A stretch of DNA of 39,494 bases from a virus (Duplodnaviria > Heunggongvirae > Uroviricota > Caudoviricetes), in IMG/VR virus record IMGVR_UViG_2711768073_000020, positions 1 through 39,494 of that record. One strand, given 5' to 3'. How positions within the stretch are numbered: the first letter of the stretch is position 1; the number at the start of each line of letters is the position of its first letter. Of this stretch, positions 1 through 8,408 are shown one piece after another. The notes below the pieces were generated by a model. It was not told the DNA's origin. It ran no database searches and saw only the letters and a list, made by a program, of their open reading frames with translations. The position numbers and the translations under genes are program-made.

Positions 1-1254
1 ATGCTGGAACAAATGGGCATTGCCGCGAAGCAAGCCTCGTATAAATTAGCGCAACTCTCCAGCCGCGAAAAAAATCGCGTGCTGGAAAAAATCGCCGATG
101 AACTGGAAGCACAAAGCGAAATCATCCTCAACGCTAACGCCCAGGATGTTGCTGACGCGCGTGCCAATGGCCTTGGCGAAGCGATGCTTGACCGTCTGGC
201 ACTGACGCCCGCACGGCTGAAAGGCATTGCCGATGATGTGCGCCAGGTGTGTAACCTCGCCGATCCGGTGGGGCAGGTAATCGATGGCAGCGTACTGGAC
301 AGCGGCCTGCGTCTTGAGCGTCGTCGCGTACCGCTGGGGGTTATTGGCGTGATTTATGAAGCGCGCCCGAACGTGACGGTTGATGTCGCTTCGCTGTGCC
401 TGAAAACCGGTAATGCGGTGATCCTGCGCGGTGGCAAAGAAACGTGTCGCACTAACGCTGCAACGGTGGCGGTGATTCAGGACGCCCTGAAATCCTGCGG
501 CTTACCGGCGGGTGCCGTGCAGGCGATTGATAATCCTGACCGTGCGCTGGTCAGTGAAATGCTGCGTATGGATAAATACATCGACATGCTGATCCCGCGT
601 GGTGGCGCTGGTTTGCATAAACTGTGCCGTGAACAGTCGACAATCCCGGTGATCACAGGTGGTATAGGCGTATGCCATATTTACGTTGATGAAAGTGTAG
701 AGATCGCTGAAGCATTAAAAGTGATCGTCAACGCGAAAACTCAGCGTCCGAGCACATGTAATACGGTTGAAACGTTGCTGGTGAATAAAAACATCGCCGA
801 TAGCTTCCTGCCCGCATTAAGCAAACAAATGGCGGAAAGCGGCGTGACATTACACGCAGATGCAGCTGCACTGGCGCAGTTGCAGACAGGCCCTGCGAAG
901 GTGGTTGCTGTTAAAGCCGAAGAGTATGACGATGAGTTTCTGTCATTAGATTTGAACGTCAAAATCGTCAGCGATCTTGACGATGCCATCGCCCATATTC
1001 GTGAACACGGCACACAACACTCCGATGCGATCTTGACCCGCGATATGCGCAACGCCCAGCGTTTTGTTAACGAAGTGGATTCGTCCGCTGTTTACGTTAA
1101 CGCCTCTACGCGTTTTACCGACGGCGGCCAGTTTGGTCTGGGTGCGGAAGTGGCGGTAAGCACACAAAAACTCCACGCGCGTGGCCCAATGGGGCTGGAA
1201 GCACTGACCACTTACAAGTGGATCGGCATTGGTGATTACACCATTCGTGCGTAA
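1..1254 (+). CDS. proA: Gamma-glutamyl phosphate reductase ProA, complete (417 aa)
   Basis: Full-length ORF from window position 1 to TAA at 1252-1254; recognised as the aldehyde-dehydrogenase-family proline biosynthesis enzyme; lies directly upstream of the tRNA-Thr as in the E. coli proA-thrW locus. Confidence 0.9.
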   Translation: MLEQMGIAAKQASYKLAQLSSREKNRVLEKIADELEAQSEIILNANAQDVADARANGLGEAMLDRLALTPARLKGIADDVRQVCNLADPVGQVIDGSVLDSGLRLERRRVPLGVIGVIYEARPNVTVDVASLCLKTGNAVILRGGKETCRTNAATVAVIQDALKSCGLPAGAVQAIDNPDRALVSEMLRMDKYIDMLIPRGGAGLHKLCREQSTIPVITGGIGVCHIYVDESVEIAEALKVIVNAKTQRPSTCNTVETLLVNKNIADSFLPALSKQMAESGVTLHADAAALAQLQTGPAKVVAVKAEEYDDEFLSLDLNVKIVSDLDDAIAHIREHGTQHSDAILTRDMRNAQRFVNEVDSSAVYVNASTRFTDGGQFGLGAEVAVSTQKLHARGPMGLEALTTYKWIGIGDYTIRA

Positions 1255-1260
1255 ATAAAA

Positions 1261-1323
1261 CCGGGTGATGCAAAAGTAGCCATTTGATTCACAAGGCCAT
1301 TGACGCATCGCCCGGTTAGTTTT
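1261..1323 (+). terminator. Candidate proA terminator: long hairpin (11-bp stem 1261-1271/1305-1315 with one G-U pair, 33-nt loop) followed by TTAGTTTT
   Basis: Inverted repeat CCGGGTGATGC ... GCATCGCCCGG immediately after the proA stop, T-rich tail; non-canonical loop size. Confidence 0.3.
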
Positions 1324-1368
1324 AACCTTGTCCACCGTGATTCACGTTCGTGAACATGTCCTTTCAGG

Positions 1369-1444
1369 GCCGATATAGCTCAGTTGGTAGAGCAGCGCAT
1401 TCGTAATGCGAAGGTCGTAGGTTCGACTCCTATTATCGGCACCA
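1369..1444 (+). tRNA. thrW: tRNA-Thr (anticodon CGT)
   Basis: 76-nt sequence GCCGATATAGCTCAGTTGGTAGAGCAGCGCATTCGTAATGCGAAGGTCGTAGGTTCGACTCCTATTATCGGCACCA: D-loop AGCTCAGTTGGTAGAGC, anticodon loop TTCGTAA, T-loop GGTTCGACTCC, encoded CCA end. Confidence 0.93.
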
Positions 1445-1458
1445 TTTAAATCAATAAG

Positions 1459-2622
1459 TTACACATCATTAGTACCTTCCTTATTTTTTGACTGGGACAA
1501 ATTTGGGACCGATGGGTTCAGGATCGAGTCTATTTGCCGTGCGTGTTCGGTAAGGTGATTAGGTGCAAGGTGAGCATATCGACGAACCATTTCGATAGAC
1601 TCCCAGCCTCCCATTTCCTGTAACACTGACAACGGGACTCCGGCTTGAACCAGCCAACTTGCCCAGGTGTGTCTCAAGTCGTGAAATCTGAAATCATCAA
1701 TACCAGCCCGTCTCAGCGCCGCTTTCCAGGCTGTGTTTGCGTCATACCGCATCTTCCTTACTGTTGGCGCTTTCGTTCCGTCTGGTTTGGTACAGCTTTC
1801 CTTGTACACAAATACCCAACGGTGATGATTCCCGATTTGTTTTTTCAATACGCGACATGCAGTATCATTCAGCGCAACGCCAATTGCGCGGTTTGATTTA
1901 CTCTCTTCCGGGTTTATCCATGCCACCCGGCGCTGCATGTCTATTTGTTGCCATTCAAGGTTGATGATGTTCGAGCGTCTTAAGCCTGTTGCCAGTGCAA
2001 ATTCAACAACAGACTTTAATGGCTCCGGACATTCATCAATCAGCCTTTGTGCTTCATGAGGCTCCAGCCAGCGGATACGTTTATTCTTCGGTTGAGGCAC
2101 TTTAAGAATTGGTGCCTTATCCAGCATTTTCCATTCACGCTCTGCGGCTCTTAGCAGGGCCTTTATAAATGAAAGATGCGTAGCCTTCGTTGCAACGGAC
2201 GCTGGTTTTGGCGTGTATTCTGGAACAGGTTTCCCTTTTTTTCTGCATGCTTCTGCCCTGAGTTTCCAGTTTTCCTCATGACGCCGGTTTGTCATTTTCT
2301 GCATCGCTGAATAAATTTTTGATTCAGTGATGTCTCTTAGTTGCATCCCTGCGAAATGTTGAAGCCAGAATCCGATCCGGCTTTTGTCATCGTCCAGTGA
2401 TTTCTTATGTGCTTTCTCTTCGAGCCACCTGACACACGCTTCCTCAAACGTCATATCAGGTATTTCACCAAGTTTGCTGACCCGCCATGCTTCAGCCTTT
2501 AGCTTGTCATGGAGCTCTGTCGCCTGCCTTTTGTCCTTTGTTCCAAGAGACTGTTTAAATCTTTTACCGTTCGGCAATGTGAAACTGGCGTACCATATTT
2601 CACTTCTGCGGAAGAGTGACAT
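1459..2622 (-). CDS. int: Prophage integrase, tyrosine recombinase (P22/SfV-like, thrW-targeting), 387 aa
   Basis: Starts [33 protein letters not shown]; C-terminal catalytic region [39 protein letters not shown] (R-H-R-Y family); stop codon 15 bp downstream of the tRNA 3' end, the classic tRNA-adjacent integrase arrangement. Confidence 0.9.
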   Translation of the reverse strand: MSLFRRSEIWYASFTLPNGKRFKQSLGTKDKRQATELHDKLKAEAWRVSKLGEIPDMTFEEACVRWLEEKAHKKSLDDDKSRIGFWLQHFAGMQLRDITESKIYSAMQKMTNRRHEENWKLRAEACRKKGKPVPEYTPKPASVATKATHLSFIKALLRAAEREWKMLDKAPILKVPQPKNKRIRWLEPHEAQRLIDECPEPLKSVVEFALATGLRRSNIINLEWQQIDMQRRVAWINPEESKSNRAIGVALNDTACRVLKKQIGNHHRWVFVYKESCTKPDGTKAPTVRKMRYDANTAWKAALRRAGIDDFRFHDLRHTWASWLVQAGVPLSVLQEMGGWESIEMVRRYAHLAPNHLTEHARQIDSILNPSVPNLSQSKNKEGTNDV

Positions 2623-2849
2623 TTTCTTTCCTCTGTTATGCCATCACCCGCGCTCACCTGGACAGTATGCAGCGGAGACTGAAGAGCCGCAATGCAGGCT
2701 TGTCGTGTTGTGAGGTAAGGAGATTTATTCTTAGTGGGATCTTTGCGTGTTGCCTGAAGACGCCCTGTGCGTATCCAGTTAATGGCAGTCGGTCTGGATA
2801 TCTTGAGAAAATGACAGGCCTCATCGAGTGTGAGGCTGTATGGCTCCAT
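2499..2849 (-). CDS. xis: Excisionase (Xis), about 116 aa from internal ATG at 2849
   Basis: [33 protein letters not shown] helix-turn-helix excisionase-like N-terminus; start ATG overlaps the upstream gene stop (TAATG); 3' end overlaps the int 5' end by about 124 nt as in P22-type int-xis modules. Confidence 0.65.
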   Translation of the reverse strand: MEPYSLTLDEACHFLKISRPTAINWIRTGRLQATRKDPTKNKSPYLTTRQACIAALQSPLHTVQVSAGDGITEERKCHSSAEVKYGTPVSHCRTVKDLNSLLEQRTKGRRQSSMTS

Positions 2850-3154
2850 TATTTCACCTCTTGCTGTGACATTGTTGAAAAATGGATACCAGCTCGTTGC
2901 TGCCAGACGATCCAACCGAGAGTCATATCCCATGCCATGTATTCGTTATTGCCGTTTTTTGCTCTCCGACGATCTACTAAGTCACCGAAACGCTTTTCCA
3001 TGAATAATTCATAAGCTTCGCGTTCATCTGGTTCTACTTCCAGAGATAGGAGTGCGATTTCATAAGCACGGCGCTCAATATCGTCTCGCACGTCAAGGCT
3101 GCTGATACGCTCTTTAATTTCTTTAATCAGTTCTTTGTCGGTAAAAGTGGTCAT
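2849..3154 (-). CDS. Hypothetical early protein (YfdT-like by size and position), 101 aa
   Basis: ORF translationally coupled to neighbours (ATGA overlap with the upstream gene at 3154); no recognisable motif. Confidence 0.5.
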   Translation of the reverse strand: MTTFTDKELIKEIKERISSLDVRDDIERRAYEIALLSLEVEPDEREAYELFMEKRFGDLVDRRRAKNGNNEYMAWDMTLGWIVWQQRAGIHFSTMSQQEVK

Positions 3155-3516
3155 TATGCTCCAGCCTCCGGTGCTTTTGGCATTACTGCCCAGTGAGTGA
3201 TATTGACGTTTTCAAGGTCCCCGACCTGAAATGTCCACTGCCATTCTCCGGTTTCTTTTTGTCCCCAGGTGTACCAGAGAGAACGCCAACCAATTAGCCA
3301 GCCTTCTCCGTTAGCATCGAATAACAAAACACTTTCATTTGCTGGTGGCAGTTCAGTTGACACTGGTATTACTTTGTTTTCCTGTGCTGCACATTTAGCT
3401 TCAAGCGCATCGAATTTACGCACCAGGTATTCAGAATCTGTTTCATTTACTTTCAGATCTCGCGGTACACATCTCCCACGAAGAAACCCTTCCATTTCGA
3501 AAACATTCATGCGCAT
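3154..3516 (-). CDS. DUF551-type phage protein (YfdS-like), 120 aa
   Basis: W-rich C-terminal region (GWLIGWRSLWYTWGQKETGEWQW) typical of DUF551 proteins of lambdoid early regions; overlaps the upstream gene by 10 nt. Confidence 0.5.
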   Translation of the reverse strand: MRMNVFEMEGFLRGRCVPRDLKVNETDSEYLVRKFDALEAKCAAQENKVIPVSTELPPANESVLLFDANGEGWLIGWRSLWYTWGQKETGEWQWTFQVGDLENVNITHWAVMPKAPEAGA

Positions 3517-4043
3517 TTGCGTAACTCCGATAACTCGTTAAAGCGTTCCATAAACATCCCGTAGGCATGGCCCGGTGCCAGTGGAATCACGTTGAACATC
3601 TCTGTTGCCGGGATACCTTCCAGTACAGGCCAGAAAGAGCCATCATCAAGCCCGAGATCGCGGCGTTCGGTTGCCAGCATGATGAGATCGGCATATTTCA
3701 CGGGCGTACTCATAACTGGGGGTAATCCGTATTTCTCACGGATTACGGAGTCTATTTTTTCTTCCATTTGTTTATAGTCAGGAAGAAGGCGTTTCAGTGG
3801 TGCGGGAATGTCCTGGCAATACGCTTCTGTTGCATCATGCATTAACGCTTCAAAAGCAAATTCCTGCGGCACCAGCTGGCTGCAAAGAACCGCATGTTGG
3901 GCGACGCTGTAGAAGTGCGAAAGATGACCGGCAAAGCGACAGATATTTGAAAGGGAAACCGCGATATCGTTAATATCGATGTCGTCTTTATTTATCCTGT
4001 CATAATAAAAATGCTTCCCGGAAAAAGTTTTAATAAATGACAT
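3507..4043 (-). CDS. HD-domain phosphohydrolase / 5'-deoxynucleotidase-like protein (YfdR-like), 178 aa
   Basis: H...HD motif (FAGHLSHFYSVAQHAV ... ALMHDATEAY); likely true start is the ATG at 4043 preceded by GGAG (the ORF-track start at 4070 is a GTG). Confidence 0.65.
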   Translation of the reverse strand: MSFIKTFSGKHFYYDRINKDDIDINDIAVSLSNICRFAGHLSHFYSVAQHAVLCSQLVPQEFAFEALMHDATEAYCQDIPAPLKRLLPDYKQMEEKIDSVIREKYGLPPVMSTPVKYADLIMLATERRDLGLDDGSFWPVLEGIPATEMFNVIPLAPGHAYGMFMERFNELSELRKCA

Positions 4044-4170
4044 TTTGTTCTCCACGTATATGCGCTGCACCGCGCTGAATTCTGGTAAAAAGAATCCCTC
4101 ACCATCCGGCGATTATTGAGTAAATTACGTTTCCATAAATGCCCCCGCAGGGGCATTTGCAGTAATGAAA

Positions 4171-4995
4171 TCAGGCGGTGAAAGTACCAATAAAGGTTTC
4201 TACTTTGCTGTCCTTGAATTTCTCAACAAGCAGATCACGAAATTCGTTAGCCATTTCTTCCTGCACCGCCTCCAGCTGAATAATGCGCAGAACCAGTACC
4301 GGACGATCGCCAGTGATAATGCTGAGGCGTAATTTAAACGGACGTTCTTTCAGACCTTCAAACGGAATGCATTTAAATTCAAATGCCACTGGCATAATGT
4401 CTTTGGTCTTCGCTTCGACAGACTCCATCAGGGAGCGTTTGCCGCTGAAGTCATTATCTTCAAAATCAGCGGTCTGGTTTGCTTCAATCGTGATTTTACG
4501 GACCGCCGCAGCCGCTTTTGTTGCCTGAATGGTGTCACCATTAGCATCAAAGCCCACAAGGTAGTCGGCCCAGTCTTCAATCCATTCTGCCAGTGATTTC
4601 TGGGAGTTACGCTCGCCATTAACAGACAACAGAGCAGAGAACGGTGCTGTCTTTTTCAGTTTGAGAGTGGCGGTGTTATCTGCGTGACCTGGTTCATCAA
4701 TAGTACCCAGGTTAAGCACACTGACGGCACGCATATTATCAGCATCGATAAAGCAGCGGGTGCCTTCATCTGCAAGATCTTTAGAATAACGGGTAAAGTC
4801 ATCGATGCTGGCAGTGGAAAGCGCACCACGGAAACGGAAGCGATTTAAATTAAATTTTTCCAGATCATGAATGCGGAAATTCTCAGGCAATGCCACAGCA
4901 TCGGCACCAATCTTACTGATAATTTCATTAACACCCTGAGCAGAAATAAGGGCATGGATTTGATTAATTGCGGTTGCGTCTAAGTTCTGAGACAT
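4171..4995 (-). CDS. YfdQ-like (DUF2303-type) prophage protein, 274 aa
   Basis: ORF with GAGGA RBS 7 nt upstream of the ATG; size and position match the CPS-53-type yfdQ; function unknown. Confidence 0.6.
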   Translation of the reverse strand: MSQNLDATAINQIHALISAQGVNEIISKIGADAVALPENFRIHDLEKFNLNRFRFRGALSTASIDDFTRYSKDLADEGTRCFIDADNMRAVSVLNLGTIDEPGHADNTATLKLKKTAPFSALLSVNGERNSQKSLAEWIEDWADYLVGFDANGDTIQATKAAAAVRKITIEANQTADFEDNDFSGKRSLMESVEAKTKDIMPVAFEFKCIPFEGLKERPFKLRLSIITGDRPVLVLRIIQLEAVQEEMANEFRDLLVEKFKDSKVETFIGTFTA

Positions 4996-5060
4996 AATAA
5001 GTCCTCACTATATAAAGATATTCAGTGATGAGATAAATAATCAGTTAATTAAGAACGATA

Positions 5061-5423
5061 TTAATGACCTGCTGCGCGGAGTTTTCCGTCAGGTTCACCG
5101 GCAAGAGTCAGTAATTGTCCCTGGTCTTCCTGCAGAATAGTCAGGCGACCACCGCGATTGACATACATCGGCGTTTCGGTGGTGTCTTCTTCGGAAATTT
5201 TCCCGCGGTTAGTCGGGCGAACATATGAGAGTTTGTGTTTGATTTTCACACGGTTCTCATCAAATGGTTCGATTTCCAGGTTGAGTGAGACCTTACCTTT
5301 GGTTTTCGTGTTCATCACACCGGAAGCGACTTCACTGAGAACTGCGCCGATTTTGGTTTCAAATACGCCGCCGTCCAGCTCCCCGATAAATGCCTGCACA
5401 TCAGTACTGCGTTCGCTAGCCAT
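5061..5423 (-). CDS. YfdP-like prophage protein, 120 aa (start at internal ATG 5423)
   Basis: GAGGAG RBS 8 nt upstream of the ATG at 5421-5423; the longer ORF-track version (to 5741) has a compositionally odd N-terminal extension and is probably not translated. Confidence 0.55.
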   Translation of the reverse strand: MASERSTDVQAFIGELDGGVFETKIGAVLSEVASGVMNTKTKGKVSLNLEIEPFDENRVKIKHKLSYVRPTNRGKISEEDTTETPMYVNRGGRLTILQEDQGQLLTLAGEPDGKLRAAGH

Positions 5424-5860
5424 TTTGCTGCTCCTCATCATATCGACCCTGCAAGGCCGATTAGTTTCTCCACAAAACAGAGAAGAACACCTGCGGTAGC
5501 AGCCGCCCGGATGGATTGGGTTATGAGCCCGTCGTCCGGTGATGCTCTTCTCTGTTTTGTAAAAAGGACGGTACCAGCCGGAAGCAAGGGTACAAACTGG
5601 TACCGCCAGGACTACACACAGCATAAAGTTGTGGTGCCGGGTGCCTCCCGGTGCCTGGCGAAGGTTGCACACCAGACGGGTGGGTATCCACAGAAGGTCG
5701 ACTGTCAGCCTCAACCTTAACCCGCGTGCGCTGAGCCGCATTCACCACAACGCTAAGGATTCTCTTTGGTTGAAAATACTTAGCTGTTATGTGCCTGTCT
5801 TTTCACCACTTCAGGCTCGGTGGTATCCTTTTAAGCCCGTATACATAAAAGGAAAATCAA

Positions 5861-6106
5861 ATGACTTTTGATGAAAAAGAACTTGATAATGCAATTAATA
5901 AAATCATCGTAACGTCGCTCTTTTCCTGTCTCAGCGACACTCAGCAGAAACAGTTCTACGAATCGGCTTTCAACATGATCGAGCGTTGTTGTTTCTGCGA
6001 TGCCGACGAGTTACCTGAAAAAATCAGGAAACAGTTGGCTGATGCTCTTCGAGTGCGACTTTCTGACCAATTTTCTGAAATGTGCTCTCCGAATTTGGAC
6101 AAATAG
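5861..6106 (+). CDS. Hypothetical small protein, 81 aa
   Basis: AAGGA RBS 7 nt upstream of ATG; Cys-containing (CCFCDADE); converges on and overlaps a minus-strand ORF. Confidence 0.4.
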   Translation: MTFDEKELDNAINKIIVTSLFSCLSDTQQKQFYESAFNMIERCCFCDADELPEKIRKQLADALRVRLSDQFSEMCSPNLDK

Positions 6107-6299
6107 AAAAAGGCCATTTCCATTCAGGGTCTGATGGAAATACTTCAGCCTGTTCCAAAGCACGGCGTAAAGAGAACACAACTCCAGCCATAATCTGATG
6201 TTTCCCATTGGTCCAGCTATCGCCGCTCTGATCTACAGGGGCGGCTATGTCGTATGACCAAACGACTTCACAGTTATTGTTTAAAATCTGGACTTTCAT
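6024..6299 (-). CDS. Hypothetical protein, first gene of the leftward early operon (91 aa from ATG 6299; 98 aa if from 6320)
   Basis: AGGTG RBS 6 nt before the ATG at 6297-6299; lies downstream of the candidate PL; no arginine-rich N-like motif. Confidence 0.4.
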   Translation of the reverse strand: MKVQILNNNCEVVWSYDIAAPVDQSGDSWTNGKHQIMAGVVFSLRRALEQAEVFPSDPEWKWPFSICPNSESTFQKIGQKVALEEHQPTVS

Positions 6300-6425
6300 T
6301 TCATACACCTGCTTTAACATGAGTGCCTAGTGGCACAACATGACTCAACGAATCATCCTGGACTTCATATGCCCCAGGCGGCTACTTCGTGGGCGTCCTG
6401 CCTGTTCGTTGTTTCGCTTGGGTAC

Positions 6426-6453
6426 ATTATGTATCTCAAAGGTACATTGTCAA
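6426..6453 (-). promoter_or_regulatory. Candidate PL promoter with repressor half-sites (minus strand: TTGACA-16 nt-CATAAT)
   Basis: Minus-strand perfect -35 TTGACA (plus 6448-6453) and -10 CATAAT (plus 6426-6431); two direct copies of AATGTACC overlap the promoter, the same GTAC-core half-site as in OR. Confidence 0.45.
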
Positions 6454-6454
6454 G

Positions 6455-6480
6455 TATAAAAAAACCTGCCGAAGCAGGTT
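6455..6480 (-). terminator. Rho-independent terminator of the cI transcript
   Basis: Minus strand: stem AACCTGC / GCAGGTT (6463-6480) with 4-nt loop, followed by TTTTTTTA; begins 13 nt after the cI stop codon. Confidence 0.6.
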
Positions 6481-6492
6481 CATAAACATTGA

Positions 6493-7167
6493 TTAGGCTT
6501 TGATTTTGTATCTTCTTGGTTTTCCTGAGAAAATCACTGTACCAATTATAGAGCAATTACCGTTGATCTTAATGTAAGGCTCAGGCCAGTTTGGGTTTAA
6601 CGCTTTGAGATAACGCTGTGTCCCATCTTCTATCAACCTTTTGAAGGTGGTTTCGCCTGTATCGTGCATCAATGCAATAACGTCGTCACCGTGGCAGGCA
6701 GGTACTTCAGGATCGACAAAAATCATGTCTCCCGGGCGGTACTCATCAATCATTGAATCACCTATCACCCGCAAGATATAAGTCATTTCCCCACAGGGTA
6801 CAGGGCAGGGATACGTTTCTGCTGTGCTCAAATCAACCTCAGAATATCCAACTTCTTTCCATGCTCCGGCCTGTACCCATGATATGACAGGGACTAATGT
6901 GATTTGTTTATTAGTGATTGAAACATCAGGTTTTTTTGTGATGTTCGTTGTCTGGTGTTCTTGATCGAGCCATCCGACAGGCAGGTCGAAACATTTTTCG
7001 ATGTGTCGTGCCATGCTGTCACCGATATTTTTAGTAGCACCATCTCCCATAAACCTGCTGGTCTGGGTTGGCTCGCGATCAATCATAGTGGCAAAGGAAG
7101 AATTCCCGCCAACACCATCTCTCAGTTTTCTGGCGTTAGACCGCCGGATGTCATGGATTGTTTTCAT
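6493..7167 (-). CDS. cI: CI-type prophage repressor (HTH plus S24 LexA-like peptidase domain), 224 aa
   Basis: C-terminal self-cleavage domain with Ser motif (VIGDSMIDEYRPGDMIFVDP) and a downstream Lys (TTFKRL); divergent from a cro-like gene across an operator-rich 90-bp spacer. Confidence 0.85.
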   Translation of the reverse strand: MKTIHDIRRSNARKLRDGVGGNSSFATMIDREPTQTSRFMGDGATKNIGDSMARHIEKCFDLPVGWLDQEHQTTNITKKPDVSITNKQITLVPVISWVQAGAWKEVGYSEVDLSTAETYPCPVPCGEMTYILRVIGDSMIDEYRPGDMIFVDPEVPACHGDDVIALMHDTGETTFKRLIEDGTQRYLKALNPNWPEPYIKINGNCSIIGTVIFSGKPRRYKIKA

Positions 7168-7182
7168 AACGAAATTAAAACC

Positions 7183-7252
7183 CTTGTACCGTTAAGGTAC
7201 AAGTATCTTGAAGGTTCATTTCAATCATGTAATATGTACACCGGAGGTACAT
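7183..7252. promoter_or_regulatory. OR region: two palindromic operators plus candidate PR (-35 TTGAAG 7208-7213, -10 TAATAT 7230-7235)
   Basis: Perfect palindrome CTTGTACC-GTTAA-GGTACAAG (7183-7203) and ATGTACA-CCGGAG-GTACAT (7234-7252) between divergent cI and cro; GGAGG RBS at 7243-7247 before the cro ATG. Confidence 0.55.
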
Positions 7253-7257
7253 ATTGT

Positions 7258-7458
7258 ATGAAAGCGTATTGGGACTCTTTAACCAAAGAACAGCAGGGCG
7301 AGTTGGCCGGAAAAGTTGGCTCAACACCTGGCTACTTACGGCTGGTTTTCAATGGCTATAAAAAAGCCAGTTTTGTGCTGGCTAAAAAACTTGAGCAATG
7401 CACGTCAGGTGCAATTACGAAATCTGACTTAAGACCGGATATCTATCCGAAAGATTAG
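7258..7458 (+). CDS. cro: Cro-like HTH regulator (YdaS/Cro family), 66 aa
   Basis: MKAYWDSLTKEQQGELAGKVGSTPGYLRLVFNGYKK...; GGAGG RBS; divergent from cI. The 167-aa ORF-track version (from 6955) overlaps the cI promoter region and is rejected. Confidence 0.6.
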   Translation: MKAYWDSLTKEQQGELAGKVGSTPGYLRLVFNGYKKASFVLAKKLEQCTSGAITKSDLRPDIYPKD

Positions 7459-7489
7459 CAGAACACTTTCAATTTTTAACCACAGAACG

Positions 7490-8053
7490 ATGAGGCTAAC
7501 CGTGGGTAAGCATCACTGGAAAATAGAAAAACAGCCTGAGTGGTACGTGAAAGCTGTCAGAAAAACTATCGCGGCGTTGCCGGGTGGTTACGCTGAAGCG
7601 GCTGACTGGCTCGATGTAACAGAAAACGCTTTATTCAACCGCCTTCGTGCAGATGGCGATCAGATTTTCCCGCTGGGATGGGCAATGGTTTTACAGCGTG
7701 CTGGTGGCACTCACTTCATTGCTGATGCTGTGGCGCAGTCTGCAAATGGCGTCTTTGTGTCTCTTCCTGACGTCGAGGATGTGGACAACGCCGATATCAA
7801 CCAACGCCTGCTGGAAGTCATTGAACAGATCGGCAGTTATTCAAAACAGATTCGTTCAGCAATTGAAGACGGTGTAGTGGAACCGCATGAGAAGACAGCA
7901 ATTAACGATGAGCTGTACCTCTCAATTTCGAAGCTGCAGGAGCATGCAGCACTGGTCTACAAAATCTTTTGCGTTTCAGAAAGTAGTGACGCCCGCGAGT
8001 GTGCAGCTCCGGGCGCCGTGGCGTGTCGTGACTGTGGAGAAACTAACGCATGA
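7490..8053 (+). CDS. CII-like phage regulatory protein (YdaT/CII-family position), 187 aa
   Basis: Immediately follows cro; alternative GTG start at 7502 has a better RBS (GAGG); C-terminus has a Cys cluster ([14 protein letters not shown]). Confidence 0.45.
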   Translation: MRLTVGKHHWKIEKQPEWYVKAVRKTIAALPGGYAEAADWLDVTENALFNRLRADGDQIFPLGWAMVLQRAGGTHFIADAVAQSANGVFVSLPDVEDVDNADINQRLLEVIEQIGSYSKQIRSAIEDGVVEPHEKTAINDELYLSISKLQEHAALVYKIFCVSESSDARECAAPGAVACRDCGETNA

Positions 8054-8388
8054 ACAGTTTAACAACACACTACCGTCGCTCGCAACTGATTGCGCTTCCT
8101 GTACCGGGTGGAAAAGCGAAGGTGGAGTATTGCTATGCAGTAAATGTACCAGGTGACAGGGAAATTGTAACCCACAGCTTTGCAGAGTGGGCTGTGGGTG
8201 ATTTCAACCGGCAGAAGGAGACAGTCCTTTGCGACAAGTTAACCGCTGGTTCAAAGATCACTACGGAGTGCCCGTCAGAGTCATTCGTTGGGAGCCGGAA
8301 ACACAACGTGTTATCTACCTCCGCGAAGGCTATGAGCATGAGTGCTTCAGCCCGCTCGAACAGTTTCGTCGTAAATTCAGGGAAATAG
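8050..8388 (+). CDS. Hypothetical protein; C-terminal half possibly out of frame (see small ORF 8229..8408)
   Basis: ATGA start coupling with the upstream gene; the N-terminal ~55 aa look protein-like, the C-terminal part is low-complexity Ser-rich ([10 protein letters not shown]) while an alternative frame over the same DNA looks coding. Confidence 0.3.
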   Translation: MNSLTTHYRRSQLIALPVPGGKAKVEYCYAVNVPGDREIVTHSFAEWAVGDFNRQKETVLCDKLTAGSKITTECPSESFVGSRKHNVLSTSAKAMSMSASARSNSFVVNSGK

Positions 8389-8408
8389 AGGTCGGTCATG
8401 AGCACTAA
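8229..8408 (+). CDS. Candidate small protein (59 aa, TTG start) not in the ORF track
   Basis: Strong AAGGAG (8215-8220) 8 nt upstream of TTG 8229; translation [59 protein letters not shown] has balanced, protein-like composition; stop overlaps the start of the O-like gene. Confidence 0.35.
   Translation: MRQVNRWFKDHYGVPVRVIRWEPETQRVIYLREGYEHECFSPLEQFRRKFREIEVGHEH

Noticed and set aside
741-1335. Two minus-strand ORFs (741..1052 and 946..1335) inside and just past proA
   Set aside because: Antisense to a confidently identified housekeeping gene, odd composition, no RBS; typical shadow ORFs.
5061-5741. Long form of the YfdP-like ORF (226 aa) and the overlapping ORFs 5511..5720 and 5521..5748
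   Set aside because: The N-terminal extension is Arg/Cys/Pro-rich and crosses a structured GC-rich intergenic region; a strong RBS precedes the internal ATG at 5423, so the short form is preferred.
6955-7458. 167-aa form of the cro ORF starting at 6955
   Set aside because: It would run through the cI start codon and the whole operator region; the internal ATG at 7258 has a GGAGG RBS and gives a typical 66-aa Cro.
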